Part shown: positions 25,962 through 35,165 of the stretch, one piece after another
Layout of the letters: each line of letters opens with the position of its first letter
Position numbering within the stretch: the stretch's first letter is position 1
IMG/VR virus record: IMGVR_UViG_3300045988_180880
Location: 224,001-288,000 of that record
DNA length: 64,000 nt
From: a virus
Direction: 5' to 3' (one strand)
The notes under the pieces: model-generated
What the model was told of the DNA's origin: nothing
Databases searched by the model: none
What the model saw: the letters and a program-made list of their open reading frames with translations, nothing else
Position numbers and translations under genes: made by a program

Positions 25962-28900
25962 TTATAATTCATGATCATCTAGATGAGTGTATCTATCTCG
26001 TATCTCGGCTGTACGCCCTTGATTCCAAAAATTGGAACCAATATCAATAATTACTATATTATTTATATAGTTTAAGACTATATCTTTTAATAAAATTTTT
26101 ATTAATTATTATACTTAGTCGTTGAACAAGTTTATTTTTACTTGATGCCGATTTATATTAATATCTTTCCGGCAATTTTAATAATTTAACGTGAGCTAAA
26201 TTTAACCCACACGTACGTCTAGATACATGAAGTTTGTGTTGATCTTCACAGCCACATTGAGGACACCTCCAAGACAATTTATTATCCTCATCTATAATTT
26301 CTATCTCACCATCATATCCACAGTTAGAACAATAATCTGATTTTGTATTTAACTCTGCATAAGAAATATTATCATAGATGAACTTTATAACTTCTAAAAC
26401 TGCTTCGATGTTAGTACTGATATCTGCAGACTCTATGTAAGATATCATACCACCAGAACTATATGGTTGAAGTTCTGCCTCAAATTTTAACTTATCAAGA
26501 GGATTAATTTCTTCTTTTACATTAATATGATAACTGTTAGTAATATAAGATTCATCAGTTATGTTCGGTATAACTCCGAATCTATTCTTAAGACACTTTG
26601 CAAATTTATAAGTTGTACTTTCAATTGGAGATCCGTATACACTATATCCAAGACCATTCTCCTCAGATTTCCACTTATTACAAGCATCATTTAATCTTTG
26701 CATAATTTGTTTTGCAAGATCGATATGTTTTGTATGAGATTCCCCAGTTAATGCCATAACGCACTCATATAAACCAGCATAACCTAGAGAAATTGTACTA
26801 TACCCACCAAATAATAATGGATCAATCACTTCTCCTGGTTTTAATCTTGCAAAAGCTCCATGTTGCCATAATATAGGAGCTACATCTGATTTAATTCCAA
26901 GTAAACGTTTATGTCTAATTTGTAATGCTTTATGACATAATTCCAAACGTTCATCTAGAATTTCCCAGAACTTATCAATATCTCCTTCTGCAGATAATCC
27001 TGCATCAGGAAGTGATACTGTTACAACACCTTGATTTAGACGACCATAGAATTTATAATTTCCATTTTCATCTTTCCAAGGTGATAAGAAACTGCGACAT
27101 CCCCAAAGTTAATAATTATTAACTTTTAGACTATATCATATTCTTATTGCTATTACCACAAATAAGAACCCTACCATTTCAGAATTTATTATTAATAATA
27201 AATTCTTACGATACTCATTTCCATATTAGTATTTCTCTAATATTTATTTTCTCTAGTCGTTAGGCTTTTATATTAAATATAATAAATATCTTTTATTTTA
27301 TACTTACGAAAACCTTTATTTTTCTTTTGTAACCAGTACTTAACAGTTACTCTAGAAATTCCTAGTAATTTTGATAAGTCTTCTTTAAAATTATAAATTT
27401 CTTCAAGTCCATTATCATAAATTATCTTAAAAGGTTTATAATTTTTATGTTTAGATCCACCAACTTTATAAGAATGACGTTCGTTTTGTTTTCTAGTACA
27501 CCACTCTAAGTTATTTACATTACTATTTAATTTATTTCCATCGATATGATTAACTTCAAGATAATTATTTGGATTAGGTATGAATAATAAAGCTACTAAT
27601 CTATGTCTAAAGAATCTTTCCTTCTTTATAGAATTATTTTTATTATATAGATAAATTCTTGGATAACCTGCATTATTAGTATCTCCAATGATTAGTTTCT
27701 TTGTTATTTTATTTCTAACTTCTCCAAGTTCATTTATTTCATAATAATTTTCCCAATTAGGTATATCTTTCCACATAAAAATATTTTATATTTAATAATT
27801 TAGCACGGTAAGTTAGCAATTAATGCCTTCTCCGTTTAAGTAGGTTTTTCGAGTAACATCACTGTTACAAGGCACAGGATACTCTATGCTCGGGAAACAG
27901 TTTCCTTCTTTAAGTTCCTTCATTTTCTTTTCAGAAATATAATCAGGAACTAATCGTTTAGCTGAACACTTAGCAGCGAGTTTAGTAAGATACCAATATT
28001 TACTATTTTCATGTATATTATCTTCCTCAAGAGCATATATCAATTTAGGAAATGCAGGAGTTACAAATACTCCATCTTCATTAGGCATTCCTTGGATACG
28101 TTGTTCTAGGAATTCTTGAATTAACATGGCTAATTCTTCTTTATATTCTGAAGTTTCGCCTAGATACATAAATACTGTTAAAAATGGGGACTGCATTTCC
28201 CCCGAATTAGACTATATCATCAACCACTATTAAATGGTTGGAGAGCGCTTCGGAATAAGGAATTTCGCCTTAAACCTACTCCTTTCGGATAGTCGTTTGA
28301 CCTTCTAGAAACTTATTCATTTTCTAGCTTGGCACAGGATTAGATTTTAATCTTTCCCTGTTAGCAAAATTTTAAACTATCATTTCCTATAGTTCCGTAT
28401 TATTTACGTAAATTTTACACCTAAGATTTCTTAGTTCACTCTCTACATTGAAAAATATTACTACTTTCCCGGGCCAGTAAAATTCGACCATTTGTGTTTG
28501 TCATACTATTAATTTGATAATTAAAAGTTTGAACTGAGTCTTTAACTTCTTTTTTCAAATCAATAGTTGCTAATTTCTCGCTAAGTTCTTCATCTAATCC
28601 AGCATCTTTATATTTTTTCAGATAACCATTATAACTATCTCTTACAAAAGGTGCTAGATGTGTTAATGTTATTGTACATCCCAAATATATGAAATTTGTA
28701 TTTTTCATATAACTAGACTATTTCTTATTGAGTTTATGTTCTCAATCAACCCGTTTCAATAATTAGGAATTTCACCAAATTATTTACGTCAAAATGACTA
28801 GTCGTTACAATTAATAAATAAATTTAAATGTATGATCTGAACAATTAGTTTCTCCATTTATGTATCTACTTATTTGAGTTTCAGATTTACCCAAAAATTT

Positions 28901-30546
28901 CGCTAAGGCAACTATTGTTTTAAATTCATACTTATCATCTAGAATTATTTTTCTCCATTTACCTCTTTTAGTAAATGCTTTGGATTTTGCTTTCCCTTTT
29001 TTATAAGCTAATTTATTATTATCTCCCATAGACACCCACATAAGATTTGATGCTTTATTATTAGTTACATCATTATCAATATGCTCTATAGTATTTTTTT
29101 CCTCACTATGGCCATCCAGAAAAGCAAAACCAACTAACCTAGACACTTGAAGTCCTTTTTCCTTAATTTTAATATAAACTCTGCCAGTTTTCGAATTTAT
29201 ATTTAAAGATAATAGTACATACTTATCATATGTTTTTATATATCTTTTAACACGTCCCATATTTGAAATATAATAACTGGAGTATCCCAAAATCTCTTTC
29301 CATTCTTCATCAGGTAATTCTTCCCAATCATAATTTAATGAGGATTTTTCTACTAACTGATTTTTTCTTTCTTGAGCATTTATTTTCTGTCTATTAATAT
29401 AATCAATTTTGTGCTCATTTAATTCAGGAACTTTCTTTATTATATTACTCAAATATTCTGAGGTTACTTTTAATTCATTAGCTATTTCTGAAATTGAAAT
29501 ATCATTATCAAGTTTACTAATAATTAGATTTTTATTTTTATTAGCAAATTTTTGATTAGATGGTGTTAAGTAAGATACATTACCTTTTTCTAATTTCCAG
29601 TCTTCGTTGATAGCTTTTATTAAAGTTTTCCTATCTACTTCTAGTAATCTAGATATATAACTCTTAGATCTTCCTTCGTTACAATACAATTTAATAATTG
29701 TATTTTTTAATAATTCAATTTTTTCTCTTTCAGTCATTTCCAAACTTTTTTATTTATTAATCACGAGATCAGACTTTTCCATTCCTTCCTCGTTAGCCTT
29801 GATAAGCAAGACACCCACTTTTGTGGTTAGGGTTGTTTTAATACGGCAGATATATTTTATAAACCGTATTGACTGCTTGATACTGCAGTAATTATCTGCG
29901 TTGCAATTGTAGTAGCTGTAATTAATTTATGAGGTTTAAATATTTTTGTCTTATTTATACATGTTCCATTTTGAAGCATGTCCTCAAGATTAATCAAACA
30001 GCAATTATTCATCGCAAGTTGGCCTATATAGTCAAGATCGTGTATGTGAATCAGGCCTTCATCATGAGCTTGGATAATTTCAGGAGGGAATATTTTTCGT
30101 CTAGCCATATCTATACTAACAATTCCAGCCATATAGTCTCTCTGAACTGTTAAGAGCATAGAATCTTTATTAGAATTTTCAGACTTCCAATATTCACTAT
30201 CTCCTGCTAATAATTCATTTATTTGTTCATCGATAGTATTAGATTGTCGTTGAAATTCTCTAACACTTCGATATCCTTCATAAGCTTTTGCAGTTAACTT
30301 ATGTCCTTTCTTTATTAACTTGTCATATACTAAATTTTCAATCTCATCAATAGTACATGAACCTTTTTCTTTTAATTCTTCTTCAATTTCTTTAGAGATA
30401 TTAAAAGCTACTTTTGGACTTTTAATACCACTAGATTTCATTGCATTAAGAATTGCTTTTTCTATTTTTTCAGAATTAAATTTTTCAGATTTACCATTCC
30501 TTTTAGCAACTAGTAAATCTGATACTGTATTTACATCTTCACTCAT
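25962..30546 (-). CDS. nrdD: anaerobic ribonucleoside-triphosphate reductase, five exons
   Basis: Exons (complement) are 29863..30546, 28487..28681, 27886..28193, 26205..27103 and 25962..26044. Their sum is 2169 nt, or 723 codons. The junctions rebuild SSQYG-GCTITL, NTNG-QSPF, FPS-M-GCRSFL and the glycyl-radical motif RRTCG-Y-IG. Confidence 0.85.
26045..26204 (-). mobile_element. group I intron 4 of nrdD (ORF-less, 160 nt)
   Basis: 5' splice site after GUGGGU, paired to GCUCAC with a U-G wobble. P7-type elements are AACGACTAAG and ATATAGTCTT. The intron ends in TTG. Confidence 0.7.
27104..27885 (-). mobile_element. group I intron 3 of nrdD with HNH endonuclease ORF
   Basis: td-like core CTTAAACGGAG...CCGTGCTAAATT, CCTAACGACTA and GATATAGTCTAA. 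P1 is GCAU/GUGC. The intron ends in TTG. Confidence 0.8.
27273..27776 (-). CDS. intron-encoded HNH homing endonuclease
   Basis: NHIDGNKLNSNVNNLEWCTRKQN motif. Located inside intron 3. Confidence 0.8.
   Translation of the reverse strand: MWKDIPNWENYYEINELGEVRNKITKKLIIGDTNNAGYPRIYLYNKNNSIKKERFFRHRLVALLFIPNPNNYLEVNHIDGNKLNSNVNNLEWCTRKQNERHSYKVGGSKHKNYKPFKIIYDNGLEEIYNFKEDLSKLLGISRVTVKYWLQKKNKGFRKYKIKDIYYI
28194..28486 (-). mobile_element. group I intron 2 of nrdD (ORF-less, 293 nt)
   Basis: Core CTAACAGGG...CCTGTGCCAAG, AACGACTATCCGAAAGGAGTAGG and GATATAGTCTAAT. The intron ends in ATG just before the exon codon CAG. Confidence 0.8.
28682..29862 (-). mobile_element. group I intron 1 of nrdD with HNH endonuclease ORF
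   Basis: P1 is UACGGU/GCCGUA with a U-G wobble at the splice site. P7 elements are TAACGACTAG and AATAGTCTAG. The intron ends in TTG. Confidence 0.8.
28811..29743 (-). CDS. intron-encoded HNH-type homing endonuclease with N-terminal HTH modules
   Basis: IEHIDNDVTNNKASNLMWV motif. Located inside intron 1. Confidence 0.75.
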   Translation of the reverse strand: MEMTEREKIELLKNTIIKLYCNEGRSKSYISRLLEVDRKTLIKAINEDWKLEKGNVSYLTPSNQKFANKNKNLIISKLDNDISISEIANELKVTSEYLSNIIKKVPELNEHKIDYINRQKINAQERKNQLVEKSSLNYDWEELPDEEWKEILGYSSYYISNMGRVKRYIKTYDKYVLLSLNINSKTGRVYIKIKEKGLQVSRLVGFAFLDGHSEEKNTIEHIDNDVTNNKASNLMWVSMGDNNKLAYKKGKAKSKAFTKRGKWRKIILDDKYEFKTIVALAKFLGKSETQISRYINGETNCSDHTFKFIY

Positions 30547-30569
30547 ATGTTTTTATTTTTCTTTATTTG

Positions 30570-31178
30570 TTATTTCTTACTAGGATCAAATTCAAATCCC
30601 AAGTCATTTACATATTTTTCTGCATCTTTAATATTAATAACTTCATCAATTTTATTATACTTTTGTGTAAATTCAACATATGCATCTTGATGTTCCATAT
30701 ATTCTTGAACCCCTCCTGGAAATTCTTTTGCTCGGGTAGGTTCTCTAAGAATAACATCTCTAACAAAATCAAAATCTTTCTGAACTAATAATATTCTCCT
30801 TGGTGTATAGTACGAATTTTGCTCACATAAGATATCTTCTTCATGAACTACATCCTTAATCCATTTCGAATTTTCACCGATTTCTCTATTATTCTTGTAG
30901 TAATAATAAAGCATATCGGATACTCCCCTTTCTACTAAGAGGTTATTCACTCCAGGAGGCCAGTTATTTTTTATAGCATTCCTCAAGTTACAAAGATGAA
31001 GAATAGCATAATTTCGATCATCTTGCTGTGTTCCTAAGATATTTTCCCAACGTTTCCAAGGTTTAATATCAGACCACATAACATTATACAGTCCAGGGCA
31101 TCTTGTTAATATTGATTCTATGGTTGTTGCTTTAAATGTACCAGAACATCCATAATACATAGTTATAAATCTAAACAT
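30570..31178 (-). CDS. nucleoside/nucleotide-kinase-like protein (tentative)
   Basis: P-loop-like YYGCSGTFKAT and VERGVSD resemble deoxynucleoside kinase motifs. Weak support. Confidence 0.4.
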   Translation of the reverse strand: MFRFITMYYGCSGTFKATTIESILTRCPGLYNVMWSDIKPWKRWENILGTQQDDRNYAILHLCNLRNAIKNNWPPGVNNLLVERGVSDMLYYYYKNNREIGENSKWIKDVVHEEDILCEQNSYYTPRRILLVQKDFDFVRDVILREPTRAKEFPGGVQEYMEHQDAYVEFTQKYNKIDEVINIKDAEKYVNDLGFEFDPSKK

Positions 31179-31393
31179 AACGTAAATTTTCTTAAAAAAT
31201 CTTTCTTTTCTCTTACAAATATTTTTCTTTCACTCTCAGGAACTTCTACATAACCTTCAGGAGTACAGTGTTTATACTCTTGATAGATAATACAGTTTTC
31301 CCATTCTCTTGTTTCTGGATTTTTCATTATCGCATTTTCTTGAAGTACTATATAATGATTCTTAGTACCTTCATATTCTACTATTTTTTCCAT
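31163..31393 (-). CDS. small hypothetical protein (start revised to the ATG at 31393)
   Basis: The upstream part of the listed ORF covers a terminator hairpin and a promoter-like TTCCTTATTTATG motif. Confidence 0.5.
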   Translation of the reverse strand: MEKIVEYEGTKNHYIVLQENAIMKNPETREWENCIIYQEYKHCTPEGYVEVPESERKIFVREKKDFLRKFTLCLDL

Positions 31394-31552
31394 ATTTACT
31401 ATTTGTTTTAGAAATAAATTGGGAACCCACACAACACGAATCCCCTTTGCATAAATAAGGAAGTCACGGGTCGAGAGATCACTTTTCATCGATTTGGAGG
31501 AAAGATAAAAAAGAGACTGGATTTTCTCCAATCTCTTAATGTATAGTATATA

Positions 31553-31996
31553 TTAACTTTCATATTTAAGAATATAATAACCTCTTATAGATTTCGCGCC
31601 GTACAATTTAGCTCCCGATCTGGATAGCTTTTGTGTTACGTGAAAATATGTGCTACCTCCTCCCGAACTAACTCTTACTTTCTTAGGTTGATTCGGCGCG
31701 GGAGTCACAAGGTCTTTTTTCTGATACCCTGGCGCTACTACATTCCAAGGTCCATTCTTAAATACATTATAGTAACCTTTATTATGATTTTCATTTTTGA
31801 ATTCATAGACACCTGGAACTGGTACATTTAGTTCAGTTCTCTTGCCTTTCATCATATTCCCAACAAATTTACTGTCTGGGAGTGAATTATAAGCTTTATC
31901 TCTTCGGTATATTGCATATCCTGCTGCAACACCAAGAGATAATACTGTTATGATTTTTAATCCAAAAATCAATCTATCTTTTGTTTTCTTTTTCAT
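31553..31996 (-). CDS. membrane-anchored protein
   Basis: N-terminal TM segment LIFGLKIITVLSLGVAAGYAIY. Confidence 0.6.
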   Translation of the reverse strand: MKKKTKDRLIFGLKIITVLSLGVAAGYAIYRRDKAYNSLPDSKFVGNMMKGKRTELNVPVPGVYEFKNENHNKGYYNVFKNGPWNVVAPGYQKKDLVTPAPNQPKKVRVSSGGGSTYFHVTQKLSRSGAKLYGAKSIRGYYILKYES

Positions 31997-32003
31997 TCAT
32001 TTA

Positions 32004-32252
32004 TTATTTATTATCATTTATAAGGCTTTCAGGGTTCTCTTTTTCCTTCTCTTCGAGATATTCTATAACTCTCCAAAGAACATAATAAGTCAATACCGCT
32101 AAAGAAAATACTATTAAGATAGCAAGAGTAATCTTTATATTTTTTATTTCACTATTTAATGAAAAGAAAGCAACTAAATCAACTGGAATTAAATAAAATA
32201 ATATTGTTGCTTTTATTTCTTCTCTTACGATTTCTCTAATTTTCTTTTTCAT
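32004..32252 (-). CDS. small two-TM membrane protein
   Basis: 82 aa with two hydrophobic segments. Confidence 0.55.
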   Translation of the reverse strand: MKKKIREIVREEIKATILFYLIPVDLVAFFSLNSEIKNIKITLAILIVFSLAVLTYYVLWRVIEYLEEKEKENPESLINDNK

Positions 32253-32334
32253 AATTTTCTATTTAAATTTTAGTTTTACATAAATAAGGTTGTCAATCCC
32301 TTATATTTGCAATGAAAATTTAATTTTATATATT

Positions 32335-33687
32335 ATGGTAAATAGCGAAAATTTTATTATTCCAAAGAAAATTAACGTCGGATATCAAGAGAGATCTGAC
32401 TGTTATACTAAAAAACTTGGATTCATTACTTACACAGACTCTTCGACAGGGATTTTGAAAAAAGAAAAATCTTGGAATTCTTGGAGAGATCATAAAATCA
32501 AAGATGATGAATTTGAGAATGTTCCGATGGAAGGTTTTATAGTGAATCGTTCTGTTGGTGGTGGAAAAGTAGGTTGGAATTATAGACAAGCTTATTGTAG
32601 AATTTGGGATCCAAGGGGGTTTGAGATTGAAATAGGAATTGATAATTTCTTATGGATATTAGATTATTGTGATAGCTTGGCTGGAAAGAAAATAATCGGA
32701 AAATGTGTTTATTCTTGGATAGGGACAGAATTAGTTCTCCTTCCGATTAATACAGAGGAATATAGAATTTCTTCTGAGATAATGAAGAAACGAGAAGTAA
32801 TAACAAAAGATCTTAAACCCGCCGAACTTAAACCTGGATCTTTATACAAACTTAAAAAACTACCTTGGAAATATTCAGGAATTTCTAAAAACTATGAAGA
32901 AAGGAAAGCAATATTTATTGGAGAAGCTAAGTTTGGAAAAGAACTAGGGAAGAAATATGAAACTAAACTTTTATTTTATGATCCAGGGAGTATAGAAAAA
33001 GAGGATTTTGTATTCACTGAAAGTATTAAAAGTGTAGAATTCGAAGTTTGTCCTAGGGTATTATCAGATGGAGAGATTAAAGAAATCATGGATCGTTTTG
33101 AAATGACAGCTTATTCTTGGAAATTCTGGAATAGCCCTATAGGATTTATTGAAGAATTTTATCGTCAAGATTCAGCCTTAGAGAGTCGATTAAAGAATGA
33201 TCATGAAGCTGCTGAGAAGAAATGTCATGTTTATATAGATGATCTTGGAAAAACTATTAATTTCTATAAATCATATATTCAATACTACAATGATAATTCA
33301 GGATATACCTATAGTAGTTATATCAGGACAAAGAATATTTCAGACAAATATTTATCTTATAAGTTTGATTTTTCTGGTGGTAATATAAAAGTTTCTGAAA
33401 AAATTTTAGACTTGGGAAAAATCTTTAATGAATATTGGAATTATTATGGATTTAGAACAGTTCCATTGAATAAAACAGTATATCCAGAAGCTACAGAAGA
33501 AGATTGGATTAATTTAGGTGAGAATTTAAAAAATTCGGAAGAAATTCCTAAGACTTATATATTTTATAAGACAATATCTGGATATTATTCAGAATCCCTT
33601 CAAAAAGTTCTTTCTCAAGAAGCAATAACCTCTGGAAAGTCCTTAGTTAGATCAGATCTTATTATTTATCTTCCTATTAAAAAATGA
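32335..33687 (+). CDS. hypothetical protein
   Basis: ATG at 32335, about 22 nt downstream of the TCCCTTATATTTGCAAT motif. The listed 32290 start is a TTG. Confidence 0.65.
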   Translation: MVNSENFIIPKKINVGYQERSDCYTKKLGFITYTDSSTGILKKEKSWNSWRDHKIKDDEFENVPMEGFIVNRSVGGGKVGWNYRQAYCRIWDPRGFEIEIGIDNFLWILDYCDSLAGKKIIGKCVYSWIGTELVLLPINTEEYRISSEIMKKREVITKDLKPAELKPGSLYKLKKLPWKYSGISKNYEERKAIFIGEAKFGKELGKKYETKLLFYDPGSIEKEDFVFTESIKSVEFEVCPRVLSDGEIKEIMDRFEMTAYSWKFWNSPIGFIEEFYRQDSALESRLKNDHEAAEKKCHVYIDDLGKTINFYKSYIQYYNDNSGYTYSSYIRTKNISDKYLSYKFDFSGGNIKVSEKILDLGKIFNEYWNYYGFRTVPLNKTVYPEATEEDWINLGENLKNSEEIPKTYIFYKTISGYYSESLQKVLSQEAITSGKSLVRSDLIIYLPIKK

Positions 33688-34196
33688 AAAAACCAAAACT
33701 ATATTGTTACAGTCATACAGAATTTGATATGATGTGCAGTTCTTGTGGGTGGAATGATGATAATCTTCCGAGTAATAGTTGTTTTATATCTATCATTGGG
33801 ACTCCTGAATGTCAAAAATATTATTTAGAAGAGGATGAATTACATTGGTTTAAGAAAGATAATTCCTCGGTTGTATTAAATCTAGAGTTTGATGATATAC
33901 CTTCTCAAGAAATAGAATGGAAAGGTCATAAATTTTTAGGAATAACTCAAGAACAGGCAGCCGAAGTAGTAGATTTTATAGAGTCGAATCTAGGAAAAGA
34001 CATATATGTTCATTGTAAGGCTGGAAGATCAAGATCTCAGGGAGTAGTTAGATTTATTCTTGATATGTACCCTGAGATTTATGATGAATCTTGTACTCGG
34101 CCGGAAAATAAATGTGTCTCTCCTAATATATATGTAGTTGGAGAACTTAAACGGGCTTATTATAAAAAACATGAATTATATGAAACAGATAATTAA
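33684..34196 (+). CDS. dual-specificity / tyrosine phosphatase-like protein
   Basis: HCKAGRSRS matches the CX5R(S/T) signature. Confidence 0.75.
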   Translation: MKKPKLYCYSHTEFDMMCSSCGWNDDNLPSNSCFISIIGTPECQKYYLEEDELHWFKKDNSSVVLNLEFDDIPSQEIEWKGHKFLGITQEQAAEVVDFIESNLGKDIYVHCKAGRSRSQGVVRFILDMYPEIYDESCTRPENKCVSPNIYVVGELKRAYYKKHELYETDN

Positions 34197-34587
34197 AAAC
34201 GTTAGAGATTGTTATAACCACATCCCCTATACTTGGAAACATTGGATTGCATTTATGAAAACAGAGAAAAAACTTCTTGGATATCATTCACACTGGTTTC
34301 ATGATTGGGATAAGTTGATACTATTTATATTCTTTCCATTCCTAGGTGAGAAAATAATAAATAATTTTCATCGACAAATTCAATCTCATCATCCAACTTA
34401 CTATGAAGATGATATTTTATTTAGAAAATGTCCAGTTGAAGTAGATTGGGTAGAAGCTGTGATTGATTGGGAATGTGCTCGAATAACAAAACCTGATAAA
34501 CCACTTAATGCTAGACAAACTCTTGAGAAATACTACCCACAATATAGAGAATTTGTTGAACCAATTTTAAAAGAGTTTGAATTATGA
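34171..34587 (+). CDS. hypothetical protein
   Basis: ATG at 34171 (the listed 34138 start is a TTG). His-rich. Confidence 0.55.
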   Translation: MNYMKQIIKNVRDCYNHIPYTWKHWIAFMKTEKKLLGYHSHWFHDWDKLILFIFFPFLGEKIINNFHRQIQSHHPTYYEDDILFRKCPVEVDWVEAVIDWECARITKPDKPLNARQTLEKYYPQYREFVEPILKEFEL

Positions 34588-35033
34588 TAGCATTTTATAT
34601 TGGAATTATAGTATTAATAATATTATACTGTATAATAAAATCTGATATTGATACAAAAGGTTTTATAATAGGAACTTCTCAGTATACTCCAGAGAGAATA
34701 ATAAAAATAGAGAAATATTTTCTCTCTGATCCAAGTACTAGAAAAACAGAAAGGAATTGGGACAGAAGTATTATTTTAGTAAAACCAATAGATGATAATA
34801 AAGAAGGTAAATGGAAGAAAGATGATATCTTAATCTTCAGAAAATATATTGGACAATCAATAAAAAAGAAATACATTATTTTACAAAATCGAAGAAAAGA
34901 AAAGAGGATAGCTTATTGTACAGCTGAATCTCCTGGTTTTCCTCCGATTTTTGATGGCCCAGAAACTTTAATAGAATATGAAATTATTGGAGTTCTTGAG
35001 TCATCCTATACACCTCTAAAGTCTTATAATTGA
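34584..35033 (+). CDS. N-terminally anchored hypothetical protein
   Basis: TM segment AFYIGIIVLIILYCII. Confidence 0.55.
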   Translation: MIAFYIGIIVLIILYCIIKSDIDTKGFIIGTSQYTPERIIKIEKYFLSDPSTRKTERNWDRSIILVKPIDDNKEGKWKKDDILIFRKYIGQSIKKKYIILQNRRKEKRIAYCTAESPGFPPIFDGPETLIEYEIIGVLESSYTPLKSYN

Positions 35034-35165
35034 AGAAAAAATATAATTCTTTATAAATGGTATTAATTTTTATGAAAACCCTACCTGTTCGTGATGAATG
35101 GGTAGGTTTATTTTTCTTCAAAAAAGAATGATAGAAAAAGGAGCTTCTACGCTCCTTTAATTTTT

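Noticed and set aside
26925-27122. Listed + strand ORF of 65 aa.
   Set aside because: It is antisense to nrdD exon 4, which encodes GCRSFLSPWKDENG... on the - strand.
29929-30788. Listed + strand ORFs 29929..30153, 30320..30583 and 30567..30788.
   Set aside because: They are antisense to nrdD exon 1 and to gene 30570..31178, and their products are low-complexity and hydrophobic.
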